From sequence record MN871453.1: a stretch of 64,000 bases of DNA. The stretch is one strand, 5' to 3'. The translations under genes were made by a program, and so were the position numbers. Below the pieces are notes generated by a model. The model had not been told where the DNA came from and did not search any database. It saw only the letters and a list, made by a program, of their open reading frames with translations. The stretch's first letter is position 1; every line of letters begins with the position of its first letter. Positions 63,409-64,000 of the stretch are shown piece by piece.

Positions 63409-63898
63409 AGCTGTTCTCAAAGCGAAAGAAAGAACCCTTGATGGAGATCATCACCTTGCTTTCCGCAGGATACAGTTCGTCTAAGGCATCCGCCATCACT
63501 TTCTCAATATCGATGTCGCCCCTCACACACGGACAAATACCGCCAGTGATTTCTTTAGTGGCGGTCGAGTCAAGTGTGAGCTTCATGACAAGATCACAGT
63601 CAGCATCGACACACGCCATGACACTGACGTTGTCTCTTTCATACTCCAACTGGAAGCGGTAGTTATTATTACCTGAATTATGGATGCAGAATTCCTCAGG
63701 GATTTCCCCCGTCTTGTTACATTTCTCAAGAAGCGAAAGGACAAGATTGACGTGTTCTTTGACTAAATGAACAACGTTGTTTTTCATTTTCTCTACGGCT
63801 TCTTTTTGTCCTTTAACATGGGACATAATCGCTTTGAAAGCGATGTCAGAAGAAACAAAGGTTTTTAAAACCGCAGCAGAACGAAATTCAGTGGACAT
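63398..63898 (-). CDS. Hypothetical protein
   Basis: 166 aa, GGAG SD, first gene after P8. Confidence 0.65.
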   Translation of the reverse strand: MSTEFRSAAVLKTFVSSDIAFKAIMSHVKGQKEAVEKMKNNVVHLVKEHVNLVLSLLEKCNKTGEIPEEFCIHNSGNNNYRFQLEYERDNVSVMACVDADCDLVMKLTLDSTATKEITGGICPCVRGDIDIEKVMADALDELYPAESKVMISIKGSFFRFENSYGS

Positions 63899-63955
63899 TT
63901 TTTTATCTCCGTGTTAAGTACAAACTATTTAAAGACCGAGTAATTTTTGTTACCT

Positions 63956-63989
63956 TCACTCAAGTGATATAGGTTTTAAAACGAATCGA
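63956..63989 (-). promoter_or_regulatory. Putative early promoter P8
   Basis: TCGATT-N12-TATATCAC-N4-GTGA. Confidence 0.6.
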
Positions 63990-64000
63990 AACAAAAAAAA

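Noticed and set aside
901-63662. Many ORF-track entries antisense to or nested in long genes (e.g. 2485-2832, 3196-3687, 14885-15424, 44111-44722, 54195-54821)
   Set aside because: They overlap well-supported genes on the other strand or frame, lack SD sites and have no protein-like motifs. They are shadow ORFs.
1-64000. tRNA genes, rRNA or CRISPR arrays
   Set aside because: No cloverleaf or T-loop context and no regularly spaced direct repeats were seen by eye. tRNAscan-SE would be needed to exclude atypical tRNAs.
1-64000. Alternative genetic code (stop-codon recoding)
   Set aside because: Recognisable genes are full length in code 11, and TAA, TAG and TGA all end genes at coupled junctions.

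Overview
This is a 64 kb segment of a lytic phiKZ-like jumbo phage (Chimalliviridae-type), probably with an enterobacterial host. The assignment rests on a phiKZ gp29/gp30-like sheath and tube with divergent gp27/gp28-like genes, an internal head protein with repeated A/S-X-E protease sites, and phiKZ-style promoter motifs. Most of the window is minus-strand operons of small genes, eight of which start at a conserved motif (CCAATT-N11-TATATYRC-N4-GTGA). Plus-strand islands (sheath-tube, endolysin, a membrane protein, a head protein, a tailspike, a glycosyltransferase pair) each carry a TATG upstream, and each ends at a hairpin terminator. Recognisable accessory genes are tdk, phoH, DHFR, a NARP1-like Prs+NAMPT pair, HD/DHH/HAD hydrolases, a SLOG protein, an orphan HigA, DUF1190 and two depolymerase tailspikes. 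The most interesting candidates are: (1) a stand-alone 55-aa protein ending in the ribonucleotide reductase alpha-subunit redox tail (DDCEGGACKI), missed by the ORF track; (2) a three-gene exported pilin/chaperone/pore-like cassette with no usher; (3) a late-type cassette of three glycosyltransferase domains (possible virion glycosylation); (4) an AcrVA2/FinQ-like gene followed by two HTH genes; (5) a tailspike with a P22-type head-binding domain; (6) an early operon of membrane micro-proteins. All family calls come from motif recognition by eye, not from database searches. No tRNA, CRISPR array, integrase or recoding was seen.
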